Below, piece by piece: positions 38,099 to 48,974 of a DNA stretch of 64,000 nt; position 1 is the stretch's first letter; every line of letters begins with the position of its first letter. The stretch covers positions 96,001 through 160,000 of the forward strand of contig CAVVNQ010000008.1 of assembly GCA_963749705.1 (NCBI GenBank). Reading direction: 5' to 3'. The translations under genes and the position numbers were made by a program. The stretch is from an uncultured Chloroflexia bacterium. GTDB taxonomy: Bacteria; Chloroflexota; Limnocylindria; Limnocylindrales; CSP1-4. The notes under the pieces are model-generated. The model made no database searches. It was not told the DNA's origin and worked only from the letters and a program-made list of their open reading frames with translations.

Positions 38099-38855
38099 GT
38101 GGCCGATACTGCTCTGCAACGCCTGGCTCGCGTGCGGTCGAGGGAACTGCGCCGCGGTGTCGGTAGCCAGCTCATGGATCTCCGGGAGGCGCGCGAACTC
38201 TCGCAGCTCGAGGTTGCCACCGCGGCAGGGATCGACCGCTCGTGGCTCGCACGGGCCGAGGCCGGCGATGCGAACCTCACGCTCGGCGCGCTCGCAGCCG
38301 CGGCGACGGCACTCGGAGCCGAGGCATCGGTCCGCCTGTATCCGTCGACGGGTCCCCGGCTGCGCGACCACATCCAGGTTCGCCTGATCGAGACGCTGCT
38401 CCAGCGCCTCCACCCGAGGTGGCAGGCGCGCCTCGAGGTCCCCGTGTACCGCCCCGTTCGGGGAGTCATCGACCTCGTGCTCATCGAGGCGGCGACGCGC
38501 GAGGTCGTCGGTGGCGAGGCGCACAGCGAGATCCGCCGGGTGGAACGCCAGCTCCGCTGGGCAGCGGAGAAGGTGGATGCCCTACCCTCTGCGAACGGCT
38601 GGCCGTGGATGACAGGCGAGCCACGAATTCGGGCGACTGCTCCTGCTCCGATCGACCAGGGCGACGCGCGAGGCCGCAGCCTCTTCCCCTGGCCTCGTCC
38701 GGGCAGCCTATCCGGGCCTGACGGCGAACGCAGTGGCCGCCTTGACGGAGCCCAGCGGCGGGTTCCCCGATGCGGCGATCGTGTGGGTCGACCTCCGAGG
38801 ATCGGCGAGTCGCTTGCTCGACGGCGCACCCCGCGGCGTCAGCGTCGGCGGGTGA
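38099..38855 (+). CDS. XRE-family HTH fused to restriction-endonuclease-like (PD-(D/E)XK-type) domain, one frameshift near 38629
   Basis: LREARELSQLEVATAAGIDRSWLARAEAG HTH; LEVPV..GVIDLVL..GEAHSE nuclease-like core; continues GRLLLLRSTRATR..AAIVWVDL in the next frame. Confidence 0.75.
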
Positions 38856-38877
38856 TCGATCGTAGCCCCTGATCCGG

Positions 38878-41169
38878 TCAGCCGAGCCGCGCCCTGACCA
38901 CCGCGTCGAGTGCTCGCATCGCGCGATCGGCGGTGCGGAACACGGGGATGCCCGCCGCCTCGAGCGCCGTGACGAACGGGTCGTACAGGGGCCCACCGTC
39001 GACGATTGCGACCCATGCCTTCTGCGTCCGGCGCCACAGGCCCACGAGCCGCGCGGCCACGGCATCGGGGGCCGCGACATCCTCGTCGTGACCCGCGCCG
39101 GACTCGAGCGTCGCGAGCTCCGCGGTGAGCGGCACGATCCCGATCACGCCGACATCCACGGCGTCCGACGTCAGGACCGCCTCGGCGAGGTCGACGAACG
39201 CGGCGTCGCCGGCCATCGGGGTCACGTCGAGCGGGTTGTGGACATCGACGACGGCGCCCGCCCCCACGTTCGCCAGCAGCCCGCCCAGCGTGGCGACCGT
39301 CGCGACGTCGAACGCGACGAGCTCCAGCGAGCCGATGTTGTCGCCGATCGCGACGCATTCGAAGCCCGCGTTGGACATCGCGCCCAGCCGGCGCCCGCCG
39401 ATCACCCGTCCCTGGAGCAGCGTCGCCGCGCGCACGAGGTCGTCGAACTCGTCGAGCGTCTCGGCCACGAGCACGCCCGCCTCCCGCGCGAGCGCCCGGA
39501 CGGACACGACATCGCCGGCGATCGATGCCGTGTGGCTGGCCGATGCCGCGGCGCCGGCACTCGTCCGCCCGGCGCGGTACAGGACCACCACCCCGCCACG
39601 CTCGGTGATCCGGCGCGCGGCCGCCAGGAACGCCGCCGCATCGAGCGGCCGGAACCCCTCGACGTAGACGCCGTAGACCGAGATCGACGCGTCGTCCGCC
39701 AGGTAGGTCAGGTGGTCGCCGATCGTGAGGTCCATCTGGTTCCCGACAGTGACCAGGTACCGCGGATGCAGGTCCGCGAGCCGCGACAGCCGGGTGATGG
39801 CGAACGCGCCGCTCTGGGCGACGATGGCGAGCGGTGCAACGACCTCGCCCGCCGCGGCCAGCTTCGCCGCCGGGATGAACATCGTGTCGATCCGGCCGGG
39901 CATGGACCGGAACCCGAGGCAGTTGCCGCCGTTGAGCAGCGGCCCGCCGTCGGGTCGGGTTCGGGACGCCACGATCGCCGTCCGCATCCGGGCCACGATC
40001 TCCTGCGTCCCCTGCTTCTCCTCGAAGCCGCCGGGGATGACCAGGATCGAGTCGGCGGCGTCGCGCTCCACGACGTCCGCGACCACGCCGGCAGCCTGCG
40101 CCGCCGAGACCGCGACCACGAACAGGTCGACCCTGCGCGGCAGCGCCGCGACATCCGGGACACATCGGCAGCCCTCGATCTCGTCGGCACCGGGCTTGAC
40201 GATCGTGACCGCCGAGGGGTCGAAGCCGTCGCGAAGCAGGTTGCGCAGGATCACGTGGCCGGCGTTCATCCCCGACGACACGCCGATGATCGCGGCCGAC
40301 CGCGGCTCGAGCATTCGCGGAAGCTTGGCGACGGGCCGCGGCGGTGCGGCGCCCTCCACGGCCGCCTGTCCGGCGGCATCGAGACCGGTGCCCGGCACGG
40401 CAAGGACGTCGAGCGCGACCAGGCCGCCGTCCACGGCCACGATCGGGTTGACCTCGAGCTCGAGCAGGTCGGCCGGGATGCAGGCATCGGCGACCGCGAG
40501 GAACCGTTCCACGACATCGACCAGGGATGCCATCGGCAGGCGCGGCGGCTGCCCTCGCTGCGACTCGGTGGCGAGGCGGACGGCGGTCGAGGCCCGCAGG
40601 ACGGCGGGGATGGACGCGCGCGGCGTCAGCGATGGCGACAGGATCGCGATCTCGCGGCCGGGCCGCAGATCACGGGCCAGCGCCTCCGCGTCGGTCCCGC
40701 CGGCGCCGACGCTCACGACCGGGCCCAGGTCCGGCGTCCAGCGCGCCGAGATCAGCAGCGAGCCGCCCAGGCCCGGCTCGTGATCGACGACCTCGGCGAC
40801 GAGGAACCCGGCGAGGTCCGGTCGGCCGAGGGTCGAGCGCATCCGGGCGATCGCAGCCGCGATGTCGGGCCCGTCACGGGCCACGAACGCGACACCGCCG
40901 ACCTCGGTCTTGTGCACGATCGATGGCGCCACCACGCGTACGACGACCCGGTCGCCGGCGAGGCCGTCGGCGGCGCGCGTGATCTCGCCAGTCTCGCCGG
41001 CGACGCCGACCGGGAGATACACGCCCCGCGGTATCGCAATCCCCATCGCCTCGAGCACCGCCCGCGCATCCGGTTCGAGCAGCATCGCCGTCCCCGCGGT
41101 CCGGGCACGCGCAACGATCGCGCGGATCCGCGCGGGATCGATGGCTGGCTGCGGATCGGCGGGCATCAC
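38878..41169 (-). CDS. ADP-forming acetate/acyl-CoA ligase family protein (ATP-grasp N-terminal)
   Basis: HKTEVGGV, LEVNP (ATP-grasp) followed by PRSAAIIG, GGFEE, GGNCLG, AQSGA, SHTASIAG (phospho-His), NPLDVT. Confidence 0.9.
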   Translation of the reverse strand: MMPADPQPAIDPARIRAIVARARTAGTAMLLEPDARAVLEAMGIAIPRGVYLPVGVAGETGEITRAADGLAGDRVVVRVVAPSIVHKTEVGGVAFVARDGPDIAAAIARMRSTLGRPDLAGFLVAEVVDHEPGLGGSLLISARWTPDLGPVVSVGAGGTDAEALARDLRPGREIAILSPSLTPRASIPAVLRASTAVRLATESQRGQPPRLPMASLVDVVERFLAVADACIPADLLELEVNPIVAVDGGLVALDVLAVPGTGLDAAGQAAVEGAAPPRPVAKLPRMLEPRSAAIIGVSSGMNAGHVILRNLLRDGFDPSAVTIVKPGADEIEGCRCVPDVAALPRRVDLFVVAVSAAQAAGVVADVVERDAADSILVIPGGFEEKQGTQEIVARMRTAIVASRTRPDGGPLLNGGNCLGFRSMPGRIDTMFIPAAKLAAAGEVVAPLAIVAQSGAFAITRLSRLADLHPRYLVTVGNQMDLTIGDHLTYLADDASISVYGVYVEGFRPLDAAAFLAAARRITERGGVVVLYRAGRTSAGAAASASHTASIAGDVVSVRALAREAGVLVAETLDEFDDLVRAATLLQGRVIGGRRLGAMSNAGFECVAIGDNIGSLELVAFDVATVATLGGLLANVGAGAVVDVHNPLDVTPMAGDAAFVDLAEAVLTSDAVDVGVIGIVPLTAELATLESGAGHDEDVAAPDAVAARLVGLWRRTQKAWVAIVDGGPLYDPFVTALEAAGIPVFRTADRAMRALDAVVRARLG

Positions 41170-41243
41170 CGGACAGCGTACGGCGGTGTGGCTGCGTCGG
41201 TTGGCCGGGTCCGGCCGGCGTGCCCCGGTCCGGCGGTGGCGGC

Positions 41244-42995
41244 TCAGGCGGGTTCAGGCGCCCCCGTCGACTGCGGCCCCCGGGCAGGCAGGAGCAGCGA
41301 GAACGCCACACCCAGGAGGACGAACCCCGTCGCGGCGAACCCCGCGAACCGCGTGGCATCCACGAACGCGCGCTCCACCGGCAGCGCCGTCGCCTGGAGC
41401 GACGCCAGGAACGCCGGGTCGCGGAAGCACGCCGCCTGGTCCGGTGGCAGCGCGGCCACACCCCCGGCGTACCCGGACTCGGCCGCCCGCGCCGGGTCCC
41501 TGAGCGCGGGCAGGACCTGGCCGGCGGATGCGTCCACCAGGTCCACGACCAGCGTCCGGCACACCGGGCTCACGTCGGGTACGGCCGCGGCGATGTTGTC
41601 GCCGCTCATCGTGACCAGGGTCGAGAACAGGATCGTGCCGAGGATCGCGATCCCCAGCGCGGACCCGACCTGGCGCAACGTCGAGTTGGCCCCGGATGCG
41701 ATCCCCGACAGCGAGACGGGAATGTCGGACAGCACGATGCTGGTCAGCTGCGCGGTGGCGAACCCGACCCCGACTCCGTACACGAACAACGGGATCACCA
41801 GCATCAGCCCGTTGACCGAGGTCGAGATCAGGAGGGTGGTCGCGAGGATCCCGACGGCCTCGAGCAGCATCCCGATCGTCACCACCCAGCGCGGACCGTA
41901 GCGGCGCGCGAGCGTCGCGGCGCCCGGAGCGGCGAAGAATGCCCCGACGGCGAGCGACAGGAACACGGCGCCGGTGTCGAACGCCGAGTAGCCGAGAACG
42001 CCCTGGAGGAACAGGGGAAGCGCGAACAGCAGCCCGAACTCGCCCAGCGACACGATGGTCCCGGCCAGGTTGCCGTACCGGAACCCGCGGTATCGCCACA
42101 GCGTGAAGTCGAACAGGTAGAAGCGCCCGGCCGCCCGCCGGCGTGATTCGACGACCGCGAACACCAGCAGCGCGATGATCCCGAGGCCGAGCGCGAACGG
42201 CGTGACCGACACGGTGTCCAGCGGCCAGCTCAAGCCGAGGACATCGAACGGGTGGCGCGGATTCGGCGTCCACCAGCCGTATGAACGGCCCTCGATCAGA
42301 CCGAACACGAACGCGCCCAGCCCGCCGGTGATCAGCAGGAACCCCGGCAGGTCAAACCCGGGCTTCGCGTGCTCGTCGCGCGACTCGCCGATGTAGTGGA
42401 GGGTGCCGGCGATCGCGACCAGGCCGACCGGGACGTTGACCAGGAACGCCCAGCGCCACGATGCGTACGTCGTGAGAAACCCGCCGAGGAGCGGGCCCAC
42501 GGCCGCGACGCCGCCGATCACCGAGCCCCAGATCCCGAACGCGATCGCCCGGTCCCGGCCCTGGAAGTTGGAGTTCAGGATCGCCTGCGTGGCGGGCAGG
42601 ATCATGGCCCCACCGACGCCCTGGAGCACCCGGGCCAGGATCAGCACGTCGCCGCTCGGCGCAAGACCCGCGAGCACGGACGCCGTGATGAACAGCCCCA
42701 GGCCGCCGAGGTACATCCGCCGCCGCCCGAACACGTCGCCCAGCCGGCCCAGGGTGATGAGCAGCGCCGCGAACACCAGCGCATAGATCGTGTTGACCCA
42801 CTCGGCCTGCGTGGAATCGAGGGCCAGCTCGCGGATGATCGAGGGGACGGCGACGTTCACGATCGTCGCGTCCACGATGATCATGGCCACGCCGATGCTG
42901 AGCAGCGCCAGGCCCACCCACCGGCCTCGACCGGCGGCGTGGATCGATGATGGTGCCGGTGTCCCGGGCGACCGTGTGTCGCGCCCCGATGCCAT
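41244..42995 (-). CDS. DHA2 (EmrB/QacA) family MFS efflux transporter
   Basis: DATIVNVAVPSI, GRLGDVFGRRR, RVLQGVGGA, GPLLGG, WRWAFLVNVP. Confidence 0.95.
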   Translation of the reverse strand: MASGRDTRSPGTPAPSSIHAAGRGRWVGLALLSIGVAMIIVDATIVNVAVPSIIRELALDSTQAEWVNTIYALVFAALLITLGRLGDVFGRRRMYLGGLGLFITASVLAGLAPSGDVLILARVLQGVGGAMILPATQAILNSNFQGRDRAIAFGIWGSVIGGVAAVGPLLGGFLTTYASWRWAFLVNVPVGLVAIAGTLHYIGESRDEHAKPGFDLPGFLLITGGLGAFVFGLIEGRSYGWWTPNPRHPFDVLGLSWPLDTVSVTPFALGLGIIALLVFAVVESRRRAAGRFYLFDFTLWRYRGFRYGNLAGTIVSLGEFGLLFALPLFLQGVLGYSAFDTGAVFLSLAVGAFFAAPGAATLARRYGPRWVVTIGMLLEAVGILATTLLISTSVNGLMLVIPLFVYGVGVGFATAQLTSIVLSDIPVSLSGIASGANSTLRQVGSALGIAILGTILFSTLVTMSGDNIAAAVPDVSPVCRTLVVDLVDASAGQVLPALRDPARAAESGYAGGVAALPPDQAACFRDPAFLASLQATALPVERAFVDATRFAGFAATGFVLLGVAFSLLLPARGPQSTGAPEPA

Positions 42996-43076
42996 GCGTG
43001 CCGCTCCTGACCAGCGGCCGTCGGGCGCCGCTACCGCCTGGGGTTTACCAGAGTGCCCCCGAGGCCCCCATTAAAC

Positions 43077-43108
43077 GAGATCGACGGGCCGGCCGGCCCG
43101 TCGATCTC
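43077..43108. repeat. Perfect 32-bp palindrome
   Basis: GAGATCGACGGGCCGG|CCGGCCCGTCGATCTC, flanked by AAA and TTT. Confidence 0.9.
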
Positions 43109-43294
43109 TTTGTGCCCGGTCAGCAGCGCGGATGGGAGGGGGGAGGAGAACTCCGCGACGCCGACGTTGGCCACAGTGTCGGGCGCCGGGGCGGGGCCGC
43201 GGACGTGCCGCTGCGCCCGCGGTTCCGGGACCCGCACAGGACGAACGGCCCCTCGGGTTCGGGTGAATCCCCGGACCGAGCGGCCCCCGCCAGG

Positions 43295-43590
43295 CCGGCG
43301 AACGGCGGATTGTCGGAGTGGCCGATCCCCATCGAGGGCAGGCGTCCCGGGTCGGCCGAGAACGCGCGCACCGCTTCGACGTACGCGGGGAGATGGACGC
43401 GCTCGAGCTCGGCATCCGTGGCGGGCTCGGTGGCCAGCCCGGGCCGAGCGCCGACCGCCGCGAGCAGGTCGATCCCCGGGCCGAACCGCAGCGGCGTCAG
43501 CGGATGGTGAGGTCCGAAGTCGTAGGCAAGCGAGCGTGGCCCGAACACCAGGAGGGGGCCGGCATCGGCGGGCGCGCCACGGGTCGACAC
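43295..43590 (-). pseudogene. acuC: 5' fragment of AcuC/histone-deacetylase family gene
   Basis: AYDFGPHHPLTPLRF, ATDAELERVH, DNPPFAG then abrupt loss of similarity; GGxHHA and DxDVHHGDG catalytic motifs absent. Confidence 0.75.
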
Positions 43591-43668
43591 GTCGACGACG
43601 ATACCGCGCCCGCGAACGCGACCGCGAACAACCCGGTCCGCGAGTCCCGCCCGCTGTACCATCCGCGC

Positions 43669-43872
43669 ATGGACCTCATCGTCGTTCTGATCATCGCCCT
43701 GGTCCTCGTGATCATGTGGCGCGGCCCCAAGACGCTGCCCCTCCTCGGCCGGGCATTCGGGCAGGGCGTCAGGGAGGCGCGCAAGGAGATCGACGAGATC
43801 AAGCACGACGGGGCATCGAGCGACGGGACGTCCAACGACGGAACGTCGAGCGGCGGCGGCACTCCCGCCTGA
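43669..43872 (+). CDS. tatA: Twin-arginine translocase TatA/E subunit
   Basis: Single TM then GPKTLPLLGRAFGQGVREARK amphipathic helix. Confidence 0.85.
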   Translation: MDLIVVLIIALVLVIMWRGPKTLPLLGRAFGQGVREARKEIDEIKHDGASSDGTSNDGTSSGGGTPA

Positions 43873-43878
43873 CCGCGG

Positions 43879-45151
43879 CTACCCGCCGTGCGCCGGCCAG
43901 ACGGCCGGCAGCCCCAGGCGGCTGATCCCCGCCTCGTCGCGCCGCATCGCGGCCGTCGTCGACGGCGTTCGGGATCGCGCGGGACGGCCCCGGCCCGAAC
44001 AGGTCGCCGACCAGCAACCCGGCCTCCGTCGGCAGCTCGAACGCGAGGTGATCGGGATCGGGTGCCGGTGCCGCGTGCACGACGACGGGGACGTCCGCCA
44101 GGTCCAGCTGCTGGCCATCGTCAACGGGGCGGATGGGATCCGACAGGACGGCCGCCGACCCCGCCGACGCGAGCACCGGGATGCCCAGTCGCACCGCGAG
44201 CGCCGTCGATCCAGCTGCGTGATCGGGGGCAGCGGAGGTCAGCAGGATCCCGACGATCTGCGCGTCACGCGACGCCGCCAGGGCAAGGAACGCCTCCGCC
44301 GCCTCGTCTGACGGATCGCCGGGATCGACCACGAGCAGCCGGTGCCGCCCGATGACGTGGGCATTGACGCCCTGTCCTGGGATCGCACCCGCGCCCGACA
44401 GTCGGACGCGGGTCACCGCCGGGCCGAGCACCTCGACCATCGGCGCCGTGGTCGCCGCGACGGGCGTCAGGTACCTCGTCACGTCGTCCAGGGATCGGGC
44501 GAGCGCGAGCTGCTGGAGCGTGGTGCTGGTCGGCGGCCACAGGTCGATCCGCCCCGCCGCGCGTGCCTCGAGCGCGGCGCGCGGCGTGAGCCAGTCGTGC
44601 GCGGCAACCTCGCGTGCGTCGAGCAGGATCGTAGCGCGGTCCGGCAGCGCGGCAACGAAGAACCGGGCGTCGTAGCGACGGGTCACCCCGACCGGCGGCG
44701 TCACCCAGCGCGACAGCGGGACCAGCCGATCGGTGCGCAGCACGAGGTCCAGCCGCTCCGCAAGGTCGACGAACGGCAGCCCCGCGACCCTGGCGGCCTC
44801 GACCTCGGCCGGTGCAGGATCTCGTCCATCGGGCCCGGACGCGAGCAGCACGCCCGCCTCCTCGAACAGCTCGCGGATCGCCGCCACGTGGTGCGCCGCC
44901 GCGACGTCCGGGGCCAGCTCGCCGACCCAGGCGGCCGCGCATGCCGCAGCGGTGCGCGCCGACCGGGCGAGCAGCCGCGGATCGAGGTCCCCGGATTCGA
45001 CGCCACCGCCGGGAAACACGTGGAGACCCGGCCCGAAGTCCATCGTCCGGGGCCGGTGGGTCAGCAGGACCTCGATCCCGCCGGGGCCCGAGCGAAGCAG
45101 CGCGACGGTCGACGCGGCGCGGATCGGGAGCGCGGCCGCGGGGTCGCTCAC
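43879..45151 (-). CDS. NUDIX hydrolase fused to degenerate MBL-fold domain, frameshift near 43953
   Basis: [34 protein letters not shown]; then [17 protein letters not shown]; ends WPAHGG in the shifted frame. Confidence 0.82.
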
Positions 45152-47337
45152 GTGCCCGCCAGCAGCGCCTCGAGCGCCTCCGGCTCGTTGACGGGCTGCC
45201 GGCACGCGAACTGCCGGCACACGAAGACCGTCGGCCGCTCGTTGAGCAGGAAGCGGTGGTGGAGCAGCGGGACGGCCGAGGGCTCGGGAGCCGGCGTGGT
45301 GTCGGGCACGGCCGGGACATCGGGCGGCGCGGTGGAATCGGGCTCGGCCGAAATGTCGGGCGACGCCGCGGGATCCGGCGGCGCGGTCATGGCCGTGACC
45401 CGGAAGGGGTGATAGCCGCGGGCCACGATGTCGATCAGCAATCGCGTCGCGGGATCGCCGGGATCGCCCACGATCGCGATCTCGGCGACGGTGGCGTGGG
45501 CGAGCTCGAGAGCACACAGCCACTGCGCGAACCCGGTCGGGTACCGCGCGAGGTACGGGCCGACCGTGGCGAGCGCGCCCTCGGCCGCTGCCCGATACCG
45601 GGCCGTGCCGGTGAGCGCACCGAGTCGCAGCAGCACGGTCGCGGCCATCGCACCTCCCGAGGGCGTCGCGTTGTCCTGGAGGTCCCGGGGCCGGACCACC
45701 AGCCGCTCGCCGTCACGGGCCGTGTCGAAGAAGCCGCCGGCCGGGTCGGCAAACCGCGCGAGGATCACCTCCGCGAGCGACACGCTCTCCCGGTACCAGC
45801 GCTCATCGAACGTCGCCTCGTACAGGGCAAGCAGTCCCTCGGCGAGATCCGCGTAGTCCTCGAGGACCCCGTCCGCCGACGCCCGGCCATCCTTCCACGA
45901 GCGGCGCAGCGCACCGTCGGCGGTACGCAGACCGCCAAGGACATCGGTTGCGGCGCGCTCCGCGGCCTCCCGGTAGCGCGCGCCGGCCTCGACCAGCGCA
46001 GGGTCGCCGGTCGGCGCGAGGACGCGGGCGGCGTCGGCGAGGGCGGCGATCGCCAGGCCATTCCACGCGGACAGCACCTTGTCGTCGCGGGCGGGCTGGG
46101 GCCGGAGCGACCGGCGGGCCAGCAGCGCCGAACGTGCGGCGGCCAGCCGGGTCGCGACCGAGGCCGCGGACGTGCCGAACCGCTCGGCCAGCTCCGCATC
46201 GTCGACGACCCGGGACAGGATGGTTCGTCCCTCCCAGTTGCCCGCATCGTCGACGCCGTACGCGGCCGCGAACAGGGCTGCGTCGCCGCCGAGGACCTCT
46301 CGAATCTCCGCCGCGGTCCACACGAAGGTGGCACCCTCCTCGCCCTCCGTGTCGGCATCCTGGCTGGCCGCGAAGCCGCCCCCGTCGGTGCGCAGCTCTC
46401 GGAGCAGGTAGTCGAGCGTGCCGAGCATGGTGTCGAGGTACGCGGCATCGCCCGTGAGCGCCCATGCATGGGCGTAGACCCGGGCAAGCTGGGCGTTGTC
46501 GTACAGCATCTGCTCGAAGTGCGGGACCAGCCACCGGGCGTCGGTGGAATAGCGATGGAACCCCCCACCCAGCTGGTCGTGGATGCCGCCCGCCGCCATC
46601 GCGTCCAGCGCCCGCCGTGCGACCTCCAGGACGCGGTCGTCGCCGGAGGCCGCGTGCCGGCGGAGCAGGAGCTCGATCGTCATCGGCTGCGGAAACTTCG
46701 GGGCGCTGCCCCAGCCGCCGTTGACCGCGTCGAATGCCTGGACGACCGTCGCGGCCGCCTGCTCGAGCACCTCCGCAGGCGGCGGGCCACCCGAGGCCGG
46801 CCCGGTCCGCTGCGCGTCGACCAGCGCCTGGACCAGCCGCTCGCCCGCCTGCTCCACCTCGGCACGCTGGCCCGCCCAGGCCGCCCGGACGCCCTCGAGC
46901 ACCTGGCGGAACGAGGGCATCCCGTGGCGCGGCGTGTCGGGGAAGTACGTGCCGCCGAAGAACGGCCGGCCCTCGGGCGTGATGAACACGCTCATCGGCC
47001 AGCCGCCCTGTCCGGTCATTGCCTGGATCGCGCCCATGTACAGCTGGTCGAGGTCCGGGCGCTCCTCACGGTCGACCTTGATCGCCACGAAGTGCGCGTT
47101 GAGGAACGCCGCGGTCGCCTCGTCCTCGAACAATTCGCGCTCCATCACGTGGCACCAGTGGCAGGCCGCATAGCCGATCGAGAGGAAGATCGGCCGGTCG
47201 AGCAGCTTTGCGCGCGCCAGGGCGTCGGGTCCCCAGGGGAACCAGTCGACCGGGTTGTGGGCATGCTGGAGCAGGTACGGGCTGGTCTCGCCGGCCAGCC
47301 GGTTGGTGCGAGGCGGGGGGCCCGGAACGCCTGCCAT
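45148..47337 (-). CDS. YyaL/DUF255 thioredoxin-domain protein
   Basis: [57 protein letters not shown]. Confidence 0.95.
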   Translation of the reverse strand: MAGVPGPPPRTNRLAGETSPYLLQHAHNPVDWFPWGPDALARAKLLDRPIFLSIGYAACHWCHVMERELFEDEATAAFLNAHFVAIKVDREERPDLDQLYMGAIQAMTGQGGWPMSVFITPEGRPFFGGTYFPDTPRHGMPSFRQVLEGVRAAWAGQRAEVEQAGERLVQALVDAQRTGPASGGPPPAEVLEQAAATVVQAFDAVNGGWGSAPKFPQPMTIELLLRRHAASGDDRVLEVARRALDAMAAGGIHDQLGGGFHRYSTDARWLVPHFEQMLYDNAQLARVYAHAWALTGDAAYLDTMLGTLDYLLRELRTDGGGFAASQDADTEGEEGATFVWTAAEIREVLGGDAALFAAAYGVDDAGNWEGRTILSRVVDDAELAERFGTSAASVATRLAAARSALLARRSLRPQPARDDKVLSAWNGLAIAALADAARVLAPTGDPALVEAGARYREAAERAATDVLGGLRTADGALRRSWKDGRASADGVLEDYADLAEGLLALYEATFDERWYRESVSLAEVILARFADPAGGFFDTARDGERLVVRPRDLQDNATPSGGAMAATVLLRLGALTGTARYRAAAEGALATVGPYLARYPTGFAQWLCALELAHATVAEIAIVGDPGDPATRLLIDIVARGYHPFRVTAMTAPPDPAASPDISAEPDSTAPPDVPAVPDTTPAPEPSAVPLLHHRFLLNERPTVFVCRQFACRQPVNEPEALEALLAGT

Positions 47338-47422
47338 GGGCCGATGGTAAACGCCGGAACCGGTGGCGCAACCGCGCGCGTGCCGAGATGACCCGCGCGG
47401 ACGACCGAGGTACGGTGTGCGC

Positions 47423-48136
47423 ATGACCAGCCGCTCCGTTGCCGGGTTCCTGCCGAGCGCCAACGGCTTCGCCTTTGCCAACGCCTGGCCCGCCGGGCCG
47501 ACGCTGCGCCTGGGCCCCATCCGGACGCCGATCCTCGGGTTCGGTGACGCCTCCGCCGGGCTCTGCGGCGGCATGGTCATGACGGTCCGCGACCTGTTCG
47601 AGGCCGGCATCGCGATGCCGCACGATCCGCAGCCCGCCAACGGGACCCGGCGGTTCGACGCCATCGTGCGCCGCCAGGTCGAGTCGCTCGACTGGCTGCG
47701 GGTGCCGCTCCGGTTCTTCGACCTCCAGGCGTTCCGCCCGGACCCCCCGACCGGGATCGCGAAGCTGCTCGGACGGCGCGTCCCCCGCGAGATCGCCGTA
47801 CGCGACGAATGGCCCCGGATCCGCGCCGACATCGACGGCGGTCACCTGCCGGTGCTCGGCCTGATCCGGATCAGCAGCCCGTCACCCTGGAACCTCACCC
47901 GCAACCACCAGGTGATCGCGTTCGGGTACGACGACACGCCGGAGCAGGTACGGATCGCGATCTACGACCCGAACCACCCGGGGCGCGACGACGTGGCGCT
48001 GGTCGTCGACATCGATGCCGACGGCTCCCGCTCCTGGCCGGACCGAATCCGCCTCGCGCAGTCGACGGGCGAGCCGCTGCTGGGCTTCTTCCGCCAGCCG
48101 TATCCACCGCCGGGATCGTTGCGCGCCTGGCGCTGA
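47423..48136 (+). CDS. Hypothetical protein with papain-like Cys-His-Asp motifs
   Basis: [28 protein letters not shown]. Confidence 0.7.
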   Translation: MTSRSVAGFLPSANGFAFANAWPAGPTLRLGPIRTPILGFGDASAGLCGGMVMTVRDLFEAGIAMPHDPQPANGTRRFDAIVRRQVESLDWLRVPLRFFDLQAFRPDPPTGIAKLLGRRVPREIAVRDEWPRIRADIDGGHLPVLGLIRISSPSPWNLTRNHQVIAFGYDDTPEQVRIAIYDPNHPGRDDVALVVDIDADGSRSWPDRIRLAQSTGEPLLGFFRQPYPPPGSLRAWR

Positions 48137-48193
48137 GCGCGCCTGAGGTCTCGCTTCCGGGGGGCTTATGCGCCGCTCCGTCCGAGGATCGGG

Positions 48194-48787
48194 TCAGGGG
48201 TGGTAGAGGTTGCCTGCCTCGGATGGGCATGTCGAAGCGCACAGCCAGATGCCGAACGGAACGATGGCGGTGCGCGTGGATCCGCCGACGTCATAGGTCA
48301 CGGCCAGGGCCGGGCCGCCGGCCGCATCGCCTGAGCGCCGGGCGACCTGGACCGCGAGCTCGACGGTCCCTGCGGCGACGCTCAAAGGGGCAGTCTCGAC
48401 ATCGCGCGGACAGACACCCGATACCGTCTCAGGCGTGCCCGGGTCGAAGTCGAGGTGGAGGTCCTCGATCGTCGATCTCGCCGTGCCGAGCCCATCGAGC
48501 CCCCTCGTGAACGGGTTGGGCCGGGTGGCAAACGCCTGAACCTCGATGTCGCCGATGGGCTGGTGGACCGCGACCGAGCGGATCGTCGCGCTGCCGGATG
48601 CGGAGACGCACAGCATCACGTGGCCGAAGGACATGGGCGTATTGAGCGGCACCTCGCCGAGCGCGATGCTGACCGACGTCCCGGCGTCGCCCACCATGCG
48701 CAGCTCCGGCGATGAGCCACAGGCGGCGACCACCAGCGCGAGCGCCACCAGCAACGCCCCGATGAGGCTCCGGCCAAATTGGCTCAT
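48194..48787 (-). CDS. Hypothetical lipoprotein
   Basis: Signal peptide with lipobox VAAC-G; beta-rich mature part with Cys residues. Confidence 0.7.
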   Translation of the reverse strand: MSQFGRSLIGALLVALALVVAACGSSPELRMVGDAGTSVSIALGEVPLNTPMSFGHVMLCVSASGSATIRSVAVHQPIGDIEVQAFATRPNPFTRGLDGLGTARSTIEDLHLDFDPGTPETVSGVCPRDVETAPLSVAAGTVELAVQVARRSGDAAGGPALAVTYDVGGSTRTAIVPFGIWLCASTCPSEAGNLYHP

Positions 48788-48974
48788 ATCGTCGCCGCCC
48801 CATTCGCGATCCGGTCGCCCTGCATCCTGCCGCTCGGACCGGAGCAGTCAAGGGCCGGGTGGGGCATGAGGCAGGTCCCTCGTGGCGCGTTGCTACCGCC
48901 GGACCCTGAGCGTCGTTCGGCCCTGTCGCCCGGCGCGCCGACCGGACACGATTCGCCTGCGCAGGAGGCTACCG

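Noticed and set aside
38878-41169. Swapped domain order in the acyl-CoA ligase as a novelty
   Set aside because: Domain shuffling, including ATP-grasp-first order, is established in the NDP-forming acyl-CoA synthetase superfamily
43030-43170. Resemblance to RNase P RNA (GGTAAACCCC; GAGGAGAACTCC)
   Set aside because: The two look-alike motifs lie on opposite strands and the GAGGAAAGTCC / ACAGAA..CGGC core is absent
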